Part shown: piece by piece, positions 55,137 to 64,000 of the stretch
Layout of the letters: the number at the start of each line of letters is the position of its first letter
How positions within the stretch are numbered: position 1 is the stretch's first letter
Notes under the pieces: model-generated
Seen by the model: the letters and a program-made list of their open reading frames with translations, nothing else
Database searches by the model: none
Told to the model about the DNA's origin: nothing
Made by a program: the position numbers and the translations under genes
Source: Opitutaceae bacterium
GTDB lineage: Bacteria; Verrucomicrobiota; Verrucomicrobiia; Opitutales; Opitutaceae
Assembly: GCA_040255565.1 (NCBI GenBank)
Contig: JBDZVH010000003.1
Location: 677,228 to 741,227 of the forward strand
Length of the DNA stretch: 64,000 nt
Reading direction: 5' to 3'

Positions 55137-55470
55137 CGAACTGCACCAGTTCGCGCTCGAGGAAAATCGTTTTCTGCGGCAGCACCAGCGCCCCCTCGCA
55201 TCCGAACTGCTGGAGCGCAAACGCACGCTGCTGACGAAACTCGACGAGTCATTGTCGGCATTGCGCACCGTGCCCGCCGGCCGCGTGAAGGAGCCCGAGA
55301 CTCGCGATCTGCTTGAGCAAACGCGCGCCCGCATCCTGCAGATTCTCCAGCTCGACAAGGAAAACGAGCAGCTCCTGCTCCGCTACAGCCTCACCGGCCC
55401 GCGCCCCGCCGCGACGCCCGCGAGTCCTTCGTCCGCGCTCCTCCAGAAAATCTACTCGCGCATTTCCTGA
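55093..55470 (+). CDS. small helical protein, FlgN-like (tentative)
   Basis: The ATG at 55093 lies within ORF 54862..55470 and overlaps the TPR gene by 44 nt. The 125 aa have a heptad-like Leu/Glu/Gln pattern (LLCDELHQFALEENRFL...LLTKLDESL...ILQILQLDKENEQLLL) reminiscent of FlgN-family export chaperones. Confidence 0.5.
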   Translation: MTPTEALRQHQLLCDELHQFALEENRFLRQHQRPLASELLERKRTLLTKLDESLSALRTVPAGRVKEPETRDLLEQTRARILQILQLDKENEQLLLRYSLTGPRPAATPASPSSALLQKIYSRIS

Positions 55471-55562
55471 ACGGATCGCGCGGTGAATCCCGACGTCCCC
55501 GTCGGAATCTTTTTCTGCTCGCATTCGCCGGCCTCGCCCGCCCTCCGGCAGTCGCGTGCCGA

Positions 55563-56489
55563 TCAACGCGGAGGCAGCGAAAACTCCATCGGGAAACGCG
55601 ATCCCGCGCGCGGCGCCGGAACGCTGACTTCCAGGAGCGAGCTCACCTGCTTGAGCTTTTCTTCGACCTCGATGGCCAGCCCGGGCAAATCGCCCGGCCT
55701 GATTGGCACCATCTGCAGCACGGCATCCGCCGGCAGAGCGATCTCTGCCCCGGCACTGCACACCATGCTTCGCAGCCATTTCGCGCAGTGCAGCAGGCAC
55801 GCCATCCGCGTGTGCGCCGCGCACGCCCGCGGAGCATACTGCCACCGCACCGGTTCGCACATCGGCCGCGGAAATTCCCAATGCTGCAGCAGCGCCGCGC
55901 CGGCGTCGGCCTGGGTGAAACCGAGCGCCGCCCGCTCCTGTTCCACCGCCTCGCGGGGAAAGCCCGCGGAACTGAAACGCAGACCCGGACGATTCCGCAG
56001 CGCCCAGTCGTCGATCGCGACCATGCCGAGGCTGTGCAGCAAACCGACCGTATACGCGACATCGCGATCCTGACCGGTCCGCAATGCGAGGACCTCGGCC
56101 GCCAGCGCGCCGGCCACGGACAACCTCCACAGATCGTCCGCCTCGATTGAATACACCTCGAGCGAGCGAACCAGCACCTGCGCGGCGACCGCGTAGGAAA
56201 CCAGTTCGTAAACCTGATCGTAGCCGACGCGATTGACCGCCTCGTCGACGGTGAAGCAGCGGACGCCTTTGCTGTAATAGGCGCTGTTGCCGACCTGCAA
56301 CACGCGCGCGGCGATCGCAGGATCGAGTCGGATCAGCGCCACGATCTCCGCCATCGAGGAGTTCGCATCGCCAAGCAACTGCTTCAACCGCGGCAACACC
56401 TTCGGCGCCGAGGGCAGGTGCTTCAGCTCACGCACGATGTCATCAGGCGTGAACGCACCAACGGGCGAAGCTGCAGGATCCGCGATCAT
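55563..56489 (-). CDS. HDOD domain signalling protein
   Basis: 308 aa. LKHLPSAPKVLPRLKQLLGDANSSMAEIVALIRLDPAIAARVLQVGNSAYY...LLHSLGM. Confidence 0.8.
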   Translation of the reverse strand: MIADPAASPVGAFTPDDIVRELKHLPSAPKVLPRLKQLLGDANSSMAEIVALIRLDPAIAARVLQVGNSAYYSKGVRCFTVDEAVNRVGYDQVYELVSYAVAAQVLVRSLEVYSIEADDLWRLSVAGALAAEVLALRTGQDRDVAYTVGLLHSLGMVAIDDWALRNRPGLRFSSAGFPREAVEQERAALGFTQADAGAALLQHWEFPRPMCEPVRWQYAPRACAAHTRMACLLHCAKWLRSMVCSAGAEIALPADAVLQMVPIRPGDLPGLAIEVEEKLKQVSSLLEVSVPAPRAGSRFPMEFSLPPR

Positions 56490-56612
56490 GGGGATGATCC
56501 CTCATTTCGGCGCAAACCTCGCGGACTTTCGCGGAATATTAAAGAAGCGTCAAAATCCGTAGCGGGATTGGTAAACCACCGACGGCCGCGGATTTGGCAG
56601 AACCTTTCAGCG

Positions 56613-56665
56613 ACAAAGGCGCGCGTCGGGCGCAATCCATTGCCGCCCGACGCGGATGCCTTTGT
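56613..56665. terminator. long composite hairpin downstream of the peptidase gene
   Basis: Outer arms ACAAAGGC / GCCTTTGT enclose GCGTCGGGCG-(11 nt)-CGCCCGACGC. There is no U-tract. Confidence 0.35.
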
Positions 56666-56700
56666 CTACTAACACCACCAACACTGATCCGGAAAAGATT

Positions 56701-57294
56701 CTAGCGTCCCAAGCTCGCGACCCGCGTCCCGTGGCGGATCTGCTCGTTCAACGCGATCCGCGCGACCATCGCCTTCGGCAGCGCGCCGGTGCGCGACGAA
56801 AACGCCTGGGTGATGACGCCGACGAGGTTGTTCTCCGTCACGGTCTCGACGTCCTCACCGTCGTTGTTCAGCCCCGCTGCGACCCAGCCATAGAGCGTCG
56901 GACGCACCAGCATGTGCGCCACCGTCTCGCCGCGACGAGTCTTGTAAACCACCGGCAGTCCCGGCCTCAGCCGTTCGTAGCCGCCGGCGCGAATCACCAC
57001 CGCGGTGCCGTCCACATAAACGGGTTCCATGGACGCGCCCTCGCCCTGCACCGCCACGCAGCCGCGCTGCGCTTTCGCCGCGCGTTCCGCTGCCGCTAGC
57101 TCCGTGCCGCGTTCCACGATCTGCGGCAGCGGCGCGTTTTCGGCGAAAAGCGCGAGGTTGCTCTCGTTGACCGAAGTCGTGTTGCACCCGCTCAAGCCGA
57201 AGGCTGCGACCGCCGCCACCCCCGCCCACGCCAGCCGGACGAAGCGGCACGAAAGCGAAGGCAACCGGGAAGAAAAGCGGGTCGTTGCAGGCAC
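56701..57294 (-). CDS. lipoprotein with S24/S26-type (signal-peptidase/LexA-like) serine peptidase domain
   Basis: 197 aa. Lipobox-like FGLSGC. GEGASMEPVYVDGTAVV contains the SMxP nucleophile motif of S24/S26 peptidases. Confidence 0.6.
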   Translation of the reverse strand: MPATTRFSSRLPSLSCRFVRLAWAGVAAVAAFGLSGCNTTSVNESNLALFAENAPLPQIVERGTELAAAERAAKAQRGCVAVQGEGASMEPVYVDGTAVVIRAGGYERLRPGLPVVYKTRRGETVAHMLVRPTLYGWVAAGLNNDGEDVETVTENNLVGVITQAFSSRTGALPKAMVARIALNEQIRHGTRVASLGR

Positions 57295-57511
57295 GCGCCC
57301 AGCCTAGGCCACCGCGTAAAATCCCTGTATCCGTGTCGCCCCGTAATTCGCGCTCGCATTTTCCGCTGAGGGATTTCCCTAACTCAAATCGGGAGTATTT
57401 CTAGCGTCGTTAGCAGTGGTTTATCGCCTCCGCTCAAATTCGCCCGGGGAAACACCTCAGGCTTGGCGGACGTGGGCTTTGGCCTCAGCGTCCGTTCACC
57501 TGCTTCCTTTC

Positions 57512-59080
57512 ATGACTCGAGTGCTTCACGCCGAGGACGACCCGCAGATTGCCGACATGGTCCGCCTGCTCTTCGAGCGTTCGGACCGGGACATCGTGCT
57601 CGATCATGTCGACGGCGGACACAAGTGCCTCGCGGCGATGCAACGCGGCGGCTACGACCTGCTCCTGCTGGACCTGATGATGCCGGACCTCGATGGCTTG
57701 CAGGTTCTCGGCGAACTCACCGCGCGTTTCGATCCGACGCCGGTGATCATGGTCAGCGCGCAGGGGCAGCACGAACTCGCGGTCCGCGCGCTGCGCGCCG
57801 GGGCGGTGGATTGCATCGACAAGAACTCCGCCGATTTCCGCCGCATCTCCGAAATCGCAGCGCGCGCGATCGAACGTCAGCGCCGCCGGCACGCCGTCGC
57901 GATCTCCCCTCGCGTCCACCGCGTGCTGTTCGTCGAACCGGAAGTGTCGAACCGCGCCGACGTCGCCGCATTTTTCGCCACCCACGCCTCGCGCCTCCAA
58001 CTCGAACTCGTCGCACCGCAGGCACTGGCCGAGCTCCTCCGCTCCGGCCAGGAAATCGACGCCTTCGTGCTCGGCCCCGGGCTGCGCGATATCCACCTTT
58101 TCGATACATTGCGCCAGCTGCGCTCCCTCGCCGAAGAGGTGCCCGCCCTCGTGCTTTCCGGCGATCGCTCCGCCGAGACGGCGATCATCGCCCATCAACT
58201 CGGCGCGCTGGATTATCTTTTCCACGAACCCGGCTGCCTGCCGGAGCTCGTCTTCTCCCTGAACCACGCCTTGCGCCGCGCCGACACCGACCGGCTCAAC
58301 GCCCGTCTCTCCGCCGAGCTCACCGAGCTGAACCGCTCGCTCGCGGACCAGGTCGCCGAACGCACGCGCGACCTGCAGGCGCAGATCGCCGTCCGCGAAG
58401 CCGCGGAACGCCGTGCCGAAGACCACGCCGCGCGCCTGCAGGCGCTTTCCAACCGGCTCCTGCGCGTCCAGGAGGACGAACGTCACGCGATCGCGCGCGA
58501 GCTCCACGATCAGGTGGGCCAGTTGCTCACCGGACTACGTTTTCAACTCGAAGCGGCACGCACCCGCCCCGCCGCGCTCGACGACGCGCTCGCCGTCACC
58601 GACGACCTCCTCCGCATCGTCCGCGAAATGACCCTCCAACTGCGGCCGCGGATGCTCGACGATTTCGGACTGCGGCCCGCGCTGGAATGGCAGGTGAACC
58701 GCTTCCAGACTCAGACCGGCATCGCGGTCGAACTCGACGTCGCCCTCCCCGACCAGCGGCTGAGCGCGACCCTCGAAACCACCACTTACCGCATCGTGCA
58801 GGAAGCGCTCACCAACGTCGCCCGCCATTCGGGTGCCCGCGCGGCCGTGGTGACCGTTGCGGCCGACGAACACGCACTGCACGTCGAAATCTCCGACCGC
58901 GGCCGCGGCTTCGACGCCACCGCGGCGCTCGGGAAACACAACTCGATCGGCCTCGCCGGCCTCACCGAACGCGTGAACCTCGCCGGCGGGATGTTGGAAA
59001 TTTTTTCGCAGGCCGGCCAGGGCACGCGCATCCATGCGGAATTTCCGCTCGCCGCTGCGGCCGCCTCCTCCGCCCCATGA
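57512..59080 (+). CDS. receiver-containing sensor histidine kinase (HisKA_3/NarX-DegS type)
   Basis: The start was trimmed to the ATG at 57512 (MTRVLHAEDDPQIADMV...LLLDLMMPDLDG...). A second receiver-like segment and a coiled coil follow. Then the HisKA_3 H-box (ERHAIARELHDQVGQLL) and HATPase (QEALTNVARHS...DRGRGF...GLAGLTERV). Confidence 0.88.
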   Translation: MTRVLHAEDDPQIADMVRLLFERSDRDIVLDHVDGGHKCLAAMQRGGYDLLLLDLMMPDLDGLQVLGELTARFDPTPVIMVSAQGQHELAVRALRAGAVDCIDKNSADFRRISEIAARAIERQRRRHAVAISPRVHRVLFVEPEVSNRADVAAFFATHASRLQLELVAPQALAELLRSGQEIDAFVLGPGLRDIHLFDTLRQLRSLAEEVPALVLSGDRSAETAIIAHQLGALDYLFHEPGCLPELVFSLNHALRRADTDRLNARLSAELTELNRSLADQVAERTRDLQAQIAVREAAERRAEDHAARLQALSNRLLRVQEDERHAIARELHDQVGQLLTGLRFQLEAARTRPAALDDALAVTDDLLRIVREMTLQLRPRMLDDFGLRPALEWQVNRFQTQTGIAVELDVALPDQRLSATLETTTYRIVQEALTNVARHSGARAAVVTVAADEHALHVEISDRGRGFDATAALGKHNSIGLAGLTERVNLAGGMLEIFSQAGQGTRIHAEFPLAAAAASSAP

Positions 59081-59718
59081 TCACTGCCCTCATTGCCGAC
59101 GATCACGAAATCGTTCGTCGCGGCCTTCGCACGATTCTCGAAACCGACGGCGCCTGCACGATCGTCGGCGAAGCGGCCGACGGGCTCGCCGCGGTGCAGC
59201 TGGTGGAAAAACACAAGCCGGCGATTCTGATCCTCGATCTCAACATGCCGCGTCTGCACGGGATCGAAGTCCTGCGCCAGACGCGCGCCACGAGTCCACA
59301 CACGCGCGTGATCGTGCTCTCGATGCACAACGACGAGGCTTACGTGATCGAGACGCTGCGTGCCGGCGCGATGGCGTATATATTGAAAGGATCGGAGTCG
59401 CAGGAGATTTCGCGCGCGCTCGCGGAAGTGCTCGCCGGCCGGCGCTTCCTGAGCGCGCCGTTGTCCGAATGGGCGATCAACGCGCTCGTCGCGAAACCCG
59501 CCGACGCCGGCGATCCGTTGCAGGCGGTCACGCCGCGCGAGCGGATGGTGCTGCAACTCGCGGCGGAAGGTGCGAGCAACAGCGAGATCGCGGAGAAGCT
59601 GTTCATCAGCCCCCGCACCGCGGAGACGCATCGCACGAACCTCCTGCGCAAGCTCGGCCTGCAAACCCAGACTGACCTCGTCCGCTTCGCGATCCGCAAG
59701 GGCCTGCTCACGCCGTAA
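59077..59718 (+). CDS. NarL/FixJ-family response regulator (LuxR-type HTH)
   Basis: ATGA overlap with the kinase stop. MITALIADDHEIVRRGL...LILDLNMPRLHG...; C-terminal LTPRERMVLQLAAEGASNSEIAEKLFISPRTAETHRTNLLRKLG. Confidence 0.9.
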   Translation: MITALIADDHEIVRRGLRTILETDGACTIVGEAADGLAAVQLVEKHKPAILILDLNMPRLHGIEVLRQTRATSPHTRVIVLSMHNDEAYVIETLRAGAMAYILKGSESQEISRALAEVLAGRRFLSAPLSEWAINALVAKPADAGDPLQAVTPRERMVLQLAAEGASNSEIAEKLFISPRTAETHRTNLLRKLGLQTQTDLVRFAIRKGLLTP

Positions 59719-59770
59719 GCGGGGCAGCGACAGCGACGCAATGAAACACTGCGCCGAGACCTCTGAACGC

Positions 59771-62700
59771 TCGTCAACGGGGCCGCGGTCGTGAGACCGC
59801 GGAGATAGTGACGAGAAACGTCGCGCGATCGCCATTGGCCTCGCTTCAACGGAGCCGCGGTCGTGAGACCGCGGAGATGAGGAGGGCGTGTGTCCGCTCG
59901 GACCGGAGATTACACCGCTTCAACGGAGCCGCGGTCGTGAGACCGCGGAGATGACGTGCCGAGTCTCCGTGAAGAATGCGCCGCTGCCGGCTTCAACGGA
60001 GCCGCGGTCGTGAGACCGCGGAGATCCAGTCGTAGCATTCCCACAGCACATCCTTGGCGACGTCCTTCAACGGAGCCGCGGTCGTGAGACCGCGGAGATT
60101 GGTTTATTGTCGAGCAAATCTGAATACACAGCACATCCTTCAACGGAGCCGCGGTCGTGAGACCGCGGAGATATCCTCGCCACGAGCACGATCGGCGTCA
60201 CCCGCAACCTTCAACGGAGCCGCGGTCGTGAGACCGCGGAGATCGGCGCCGCACCTGTCGTGCAGCCCTCCGGAGCCGCGCCTTCAACGGAGCCGCGGTC
60301 GTGAGACCGCGGAGATATGTCTGCCACATTGTGGGCAGAGTTAGGTAAGCCACGCCTTCAACGGAGCCGCGGTCGTGAGACCGCGGAGATACCACAGAAA
60401 ATGAAGATCACCATCCGCGACGTAATCCTTCAACGGAGCCGCGGTCGTGAGACCGCGGAGATGAGCTTCGCCTCGTTCAGCCGGCGCAGCACCTCGGCGT
60501 CCTTCAACGGAGCCGCGGTCGTGAGACCGCGGAGATTTCATGGACGAGGTGGTGAAGATCGTCCACTCCCGCCTTCAACGGAGCCGCGGTCGTGAGACCG
60601 CGGAGATCGACAAGCTGAACAACCAGCCCAAGCAGCTCACACACCTTCAACGGAGCCGCGGTCGTGAGACCGCGGAGATACGTATCCTTGTCCGTCGGCC
60701 TCGATAGCAGGACCGCCCCTTCAACGGAGCCGCGGTCGTGAGACCGCGGAGATAACTTACGCGCAACATATTTTTTCTTTCGCGAGCTGGTCCTTCAACG
60801 GAGCCGCGGTCGTGAGACCGCGGAGATACCGTGGGGCGCCGAGCGCTCGGCCTACGGCGCACGCGCCTTCAACGGAGCCGCGGTCGTGAGACCGCGGAGA
60901 TATCAATGGCTGGACGGCGACGGTTGCGGCGATCCTGAACCTTCAACGGAGCCGCGGTCGTGAGACCGCGGAGATCACGCGGTCGAAGAACGACGTGAGC
61001 GAGAGGCGATTCCCTTCAACGGAGCCGCGGTCGTGAGACCGCGGAGATGCGTCTTACGCTACGGCGAGGTGCTTCTACCAAGGGATGCTTCAACGGAGCC
61101 GCGGTCGTGAGACCGCGGAGATTTGCGTGGTGAGCGTCCACGTTTCAGCCCGTATCGTAGCTTCAACGGAGCCGCGGTCGTGAGACCGCGGAGATCATCA
61201 GCCAAAACGCAACGCCCGGCCCGATAGGAACGCTTCAACGGAGCCGCGGTCGTGAGACCGCGGAGATACAAAAGCACCCGCGATACCGGGTGGTCACTGG
61301 TATCGGCTTCAACGGAGCCGCGGTCGTGAGACCGCGGAGATGTCTTTTAGCGATATTTCCGATCGCGATTTGGGGCGCTTCAACGGAGCCGCGGTCGTGA
61401 GACCGCGGAGATAGGCGATTCCCGGCCATCTGCGGGGAGGAAACGACAAGCTTCAACGGAGCCGCGGTCGTGAGACCGCGGAGATAAAGTTTCTTCTGTG
61501 CGGTGGTCACGGCGCCTGAAATGGCTTCAACGGAGCCGCGGTCGTGAGACCGCGGAGATAAAAGAGAAAGAAAAGCTGGGAGTAAGAAGGGAAAGGCTTC
61601 AACGGAGCCGCGGTCGTGAGACCGCGGAGATCTGTTCGAATTTCACGAGAACCACTGGAAGCTTCTCGCTTCAACGGAGCCGCGGTCGTGAGACCGCGGA
61701 GATGGTGCATTCACTTCGCGCCACTCGTCAGCCGCGCGGAGCGCTTCAACGGAGCCGCGGTCGTGAGACCGCGGAGATGCCGCAGGCGTGATGGATGCCG
61801 TGCAGGAGCCGCACGGCTTCAACGGAGCCGCGGTCGTGAGACCGCGGAGATGACGGCTGATGGGCGCCGCTGGCTTTCGCCTGACGCTTCAACGGAGCCG
61901 CGGTCGTGAGACCGCGGAGATGAGGCCGCGCGCCTCGCGCTCGCCGGCGCAGCGTATCCGCTTCAACGGAGCCGCGGTCGTGAGACCGCGGAGATATTGG
62001 CAGCGCCGCCGCGCTGATTCAGACCGCGCTCACGCTTCAACGGAGCCGCGGTCGTGAGACCGCGGAGATCTGGCCGTCCGCGATTGGCGTCGGTATGCGG
62101 TATTTGCTTCAACGGAGCCGCGGTCGTGAGACCGCGGAGATTCCAGGGCGCTCGCCGACCTCGAGCGCGCGTTTTTGCTTCAACGGAGCCGCGGTCGTGA
62201 GACCGCGGAGATCGTTCTCGCGATCAAGTTTCCCAGCGGCTGGCATACCGCTTCAACGGAGCCGCGGTCGTGAGACCGCGGAGATACAGATGGCCTCGTT
62301 GCGCTCTGGCCTGTGGTTGGCCGGGCTTCAACGGAGCCGCGGTCGTGAGACCGCGGAGATTCCTCGTGATCGTCATCGGCAAACACGACGGGCAGGCTTC
62401 AACGGAGCCGCGGTCGTGAGACCGCGGAGATTCACACTGTTTCTCGTCTTCGCGACAACCCTGTTCGCGCTTCAACGGAGCCGCGGTCGTGAGACCGCGG
62501 AGATACACGGAGACCGCGCATGCGCGCAAGAGTCTCCGCTTTGCTTCAACGGAGCCGCGGTCGTGAGACCGCGGAGATGCCACGCCGCCCCATTTGAGCC
62601 TGTAGTCACCGAGGAGGCTTCAACGGAGCCGCGGTCGTGAGACCGCGGAGATCACTGGGAGGATCACCGAATAGGCGTGGCCGATGCAGCTTCAACGGAG

Positions 62701-64000
62701 CCGCGGTCGTGAGACCGCGGAGATCACGTCGCCCGGCTGGCCGGAACCTTTGAGCGCTTCGCTTCAACGGAGCCGCGGTCGTGAGACCGCGGAGATTCCG
62801 CGCGCGGTTGCGCGCATCCTCGACGGTGAAGAGAGCTTCAACGGAGCCGCGGTCGTGAGACCGCGGAGATACCCAGTTGTCACTCCTCGGCTCAATGGTT
62901 CGGAAATGCTTCAACGGAGCCGCGGTCGTGAGACCGCGGAGATACGGCATAGGGGTTCTACAGGTTTCCCCTATTCGCGCTTCAACGGAGCCGCGGTCGT
63001 GAGACCGCGGAGATAGACGCGATGTGGGCGGAGGCGGCAACGGCAGTCGGGCTTCAACGGAGCCGCGGTCGTGAGACCGCGGAGATGGGGGTTATTCCCG
63101 AGGGTGGGACAACGCCGCCGCCTGGCTTCAACGGAGCCGCGGTCGTGAGACCGCGGAGATCCCCAGCATTTTCGTGGCGAGGACCGAGAGGCAGATGTGC
63201 TTCAACGGAGCCGCGGTCGTGAGACCGCGGAGATAGTTTTGCTCACTCGTCATCAACTACGACCTCCCGTGGCTTCAACGGAGCCGCGGTCGTGAGACCG
63301 CGGAGATCGACCTTCTCCATGACGATCCCCGTCGGGGCTTCGTGCTTCAACGGAGCCGCGGTCGTGAGACCGCGGAGATTCGACAGCGAGCACCACGTGA
63401 TGCCACGCACCATGCTTCAACGGAGCCGCGGTCGTGAGACCGCGGAGATATTCAGCATCACGGCGACGGATTCGCGCGATTACTCGCTTCAACGGAGCCG
63501 CGGTCGTGAGACCGCGGAGATGTTCCTCCTGCGCGAAAGCCACTGCCGACAGCAGAATAGCTTCAACGGAGCCGCGGTCGTGAGACCGCGGAGATCTGCT
63601 ATCGAAGCGGCTACGGGCGTAGACCAATTGAGGCTTCAACGGAGCCGCGGTCGTGAGACCGCGGAGATTTTCATGCAAATCGCGCCGTTGCGAGGGGTGA
63701 ATTGGCTTCAACGGAGCCGCGGTCGTGAGACCGCGGAGATCTCCCACGAGGAGCGCGCCATGATCGAAGAAATCTCGGCTTCAACGGAGCCGCGGTCGTG
63801 AGACCGCGGAGATGCCTTGCAGTTGCTCAACGGCGATGAGTTCCGGTGTATCGCTTCAACGGAGCCGCGGTCGTGAGACCGCGGAGATCTTCGCAGTCGA
63901 AGAAGTGATTATTCTTCGTGCGCGGCTTCAACGGAGCCGCGGTCGTGAGACCGCGGAGATCTGTGCACGGTGCCGTAGGTGCCACCGCGAGCACAGAGCT
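59771..64000 (-). CRISPR. CRISPR array: 58 complete 36-bp repeats in the window, continuing past position 64000
   Basis: The plus strand carries [G/C]CTTCAACGGAGCCGCGGTCGTGAGACCGCGGAGAT at a 70-75 bp period, giving unique spacers of 34-39 bp. I located repeat starts at 59772, 59844, 59918 ... 63854, 63926, and a partial one at 63999. The reverse complement ATCTCCGCGGTCTCACGACCGCGGCTCCGTTGAAG[C/G] has an 8-bp stem (CCGCGGTC/GACCGCGG) and a GTTGAAG-type 3' end. The only degenerate repeat is the first (59772, 2 mismatches). I therefore infer minus-strand transcription with the leader and cas genes beyond 64000. Confidence 0.95.

Noticed and set aside
59910-63801. Dozens of ORF-track entries with recurring LQRSRGRETAEI / FNGAAVVRPRR / LRGLTTAAPLK peptides
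   Set aside because: They are translations of the CRISPR repeat in different frames and strands, not genes.
1-64000. Search for cas genes, tRNA/rRNA genes, transposases or integrases, and toxin-antitoxin or known defence-system genes
   Set aside because: None was recognised anywhere in the window. The CRISPR array is the only defence-related feature. The structured repeats have no associated transposase here.

Overview
GC-rich bacterial chromosomal window from a flagellated organism. All calls come from reading the sequence and ORF track and recognising motifs; no homology search was run.

Layout:
- (i) 1-24.4 kb is a motility and chemotaxis supercluster. It holds flgB (partial), cheR-cheB-[HD-GYP response regulator]-cheD, cheA-HDOD, two MCPs, cheW, several receiver proteins, cheX plus a CheY-like REC-REC-STAS fusion, and a sigma54 activator. 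It also holds fliD with a coupled lipoprotein, flgM-like/fliS/fliT-like genes, and two tandem flagellin genes.
- (ii) 24.7-48.7 kb is a tightly packed island of 14 minus-strand genes convergent on the flagellins. It encodes GmhA/GmhB, a Bcs1-like CDP-ribitol synthase fusion, two giant modular TPR enzymes (TagF-like and KpsS/C-like C-termini), GT-A, methyltransferases, three canonical and one permuted TPR-GT41 (OGT-like) paralogs, and a lone TPR protein. I saw no transporter or membrane protein in it. This is my best candidate for a new system: a flagellin-directed glycopolymer machine.
- (iii) 48.9-59.7 kb holds signalling genes: three more HDOD proteins, a PAS hybrid kinase, a three-gene operon carrying a sigma28 -10 box, an S24/S26-like lipoprotein, and an HK/NarL pair.
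- (iv) 59.77-64.0 kb is a CRISPR array of 58 complete 36-bp repeats that runs off the window, with no cas genes in view.

Other structure:
- Two families of highly structured intergenic repeats, one of them tandemly triplicated with a 173-bp period.
- Sigma28 consensus or near-consensus promoters at six sites.
- CsrA-type 5'UTR architecture on both flagellin genes.
- A sigma54-type box at flgB.

Many long ORF-track entries are antisense or alternate-frame artefacts of the high GC content and were not called.
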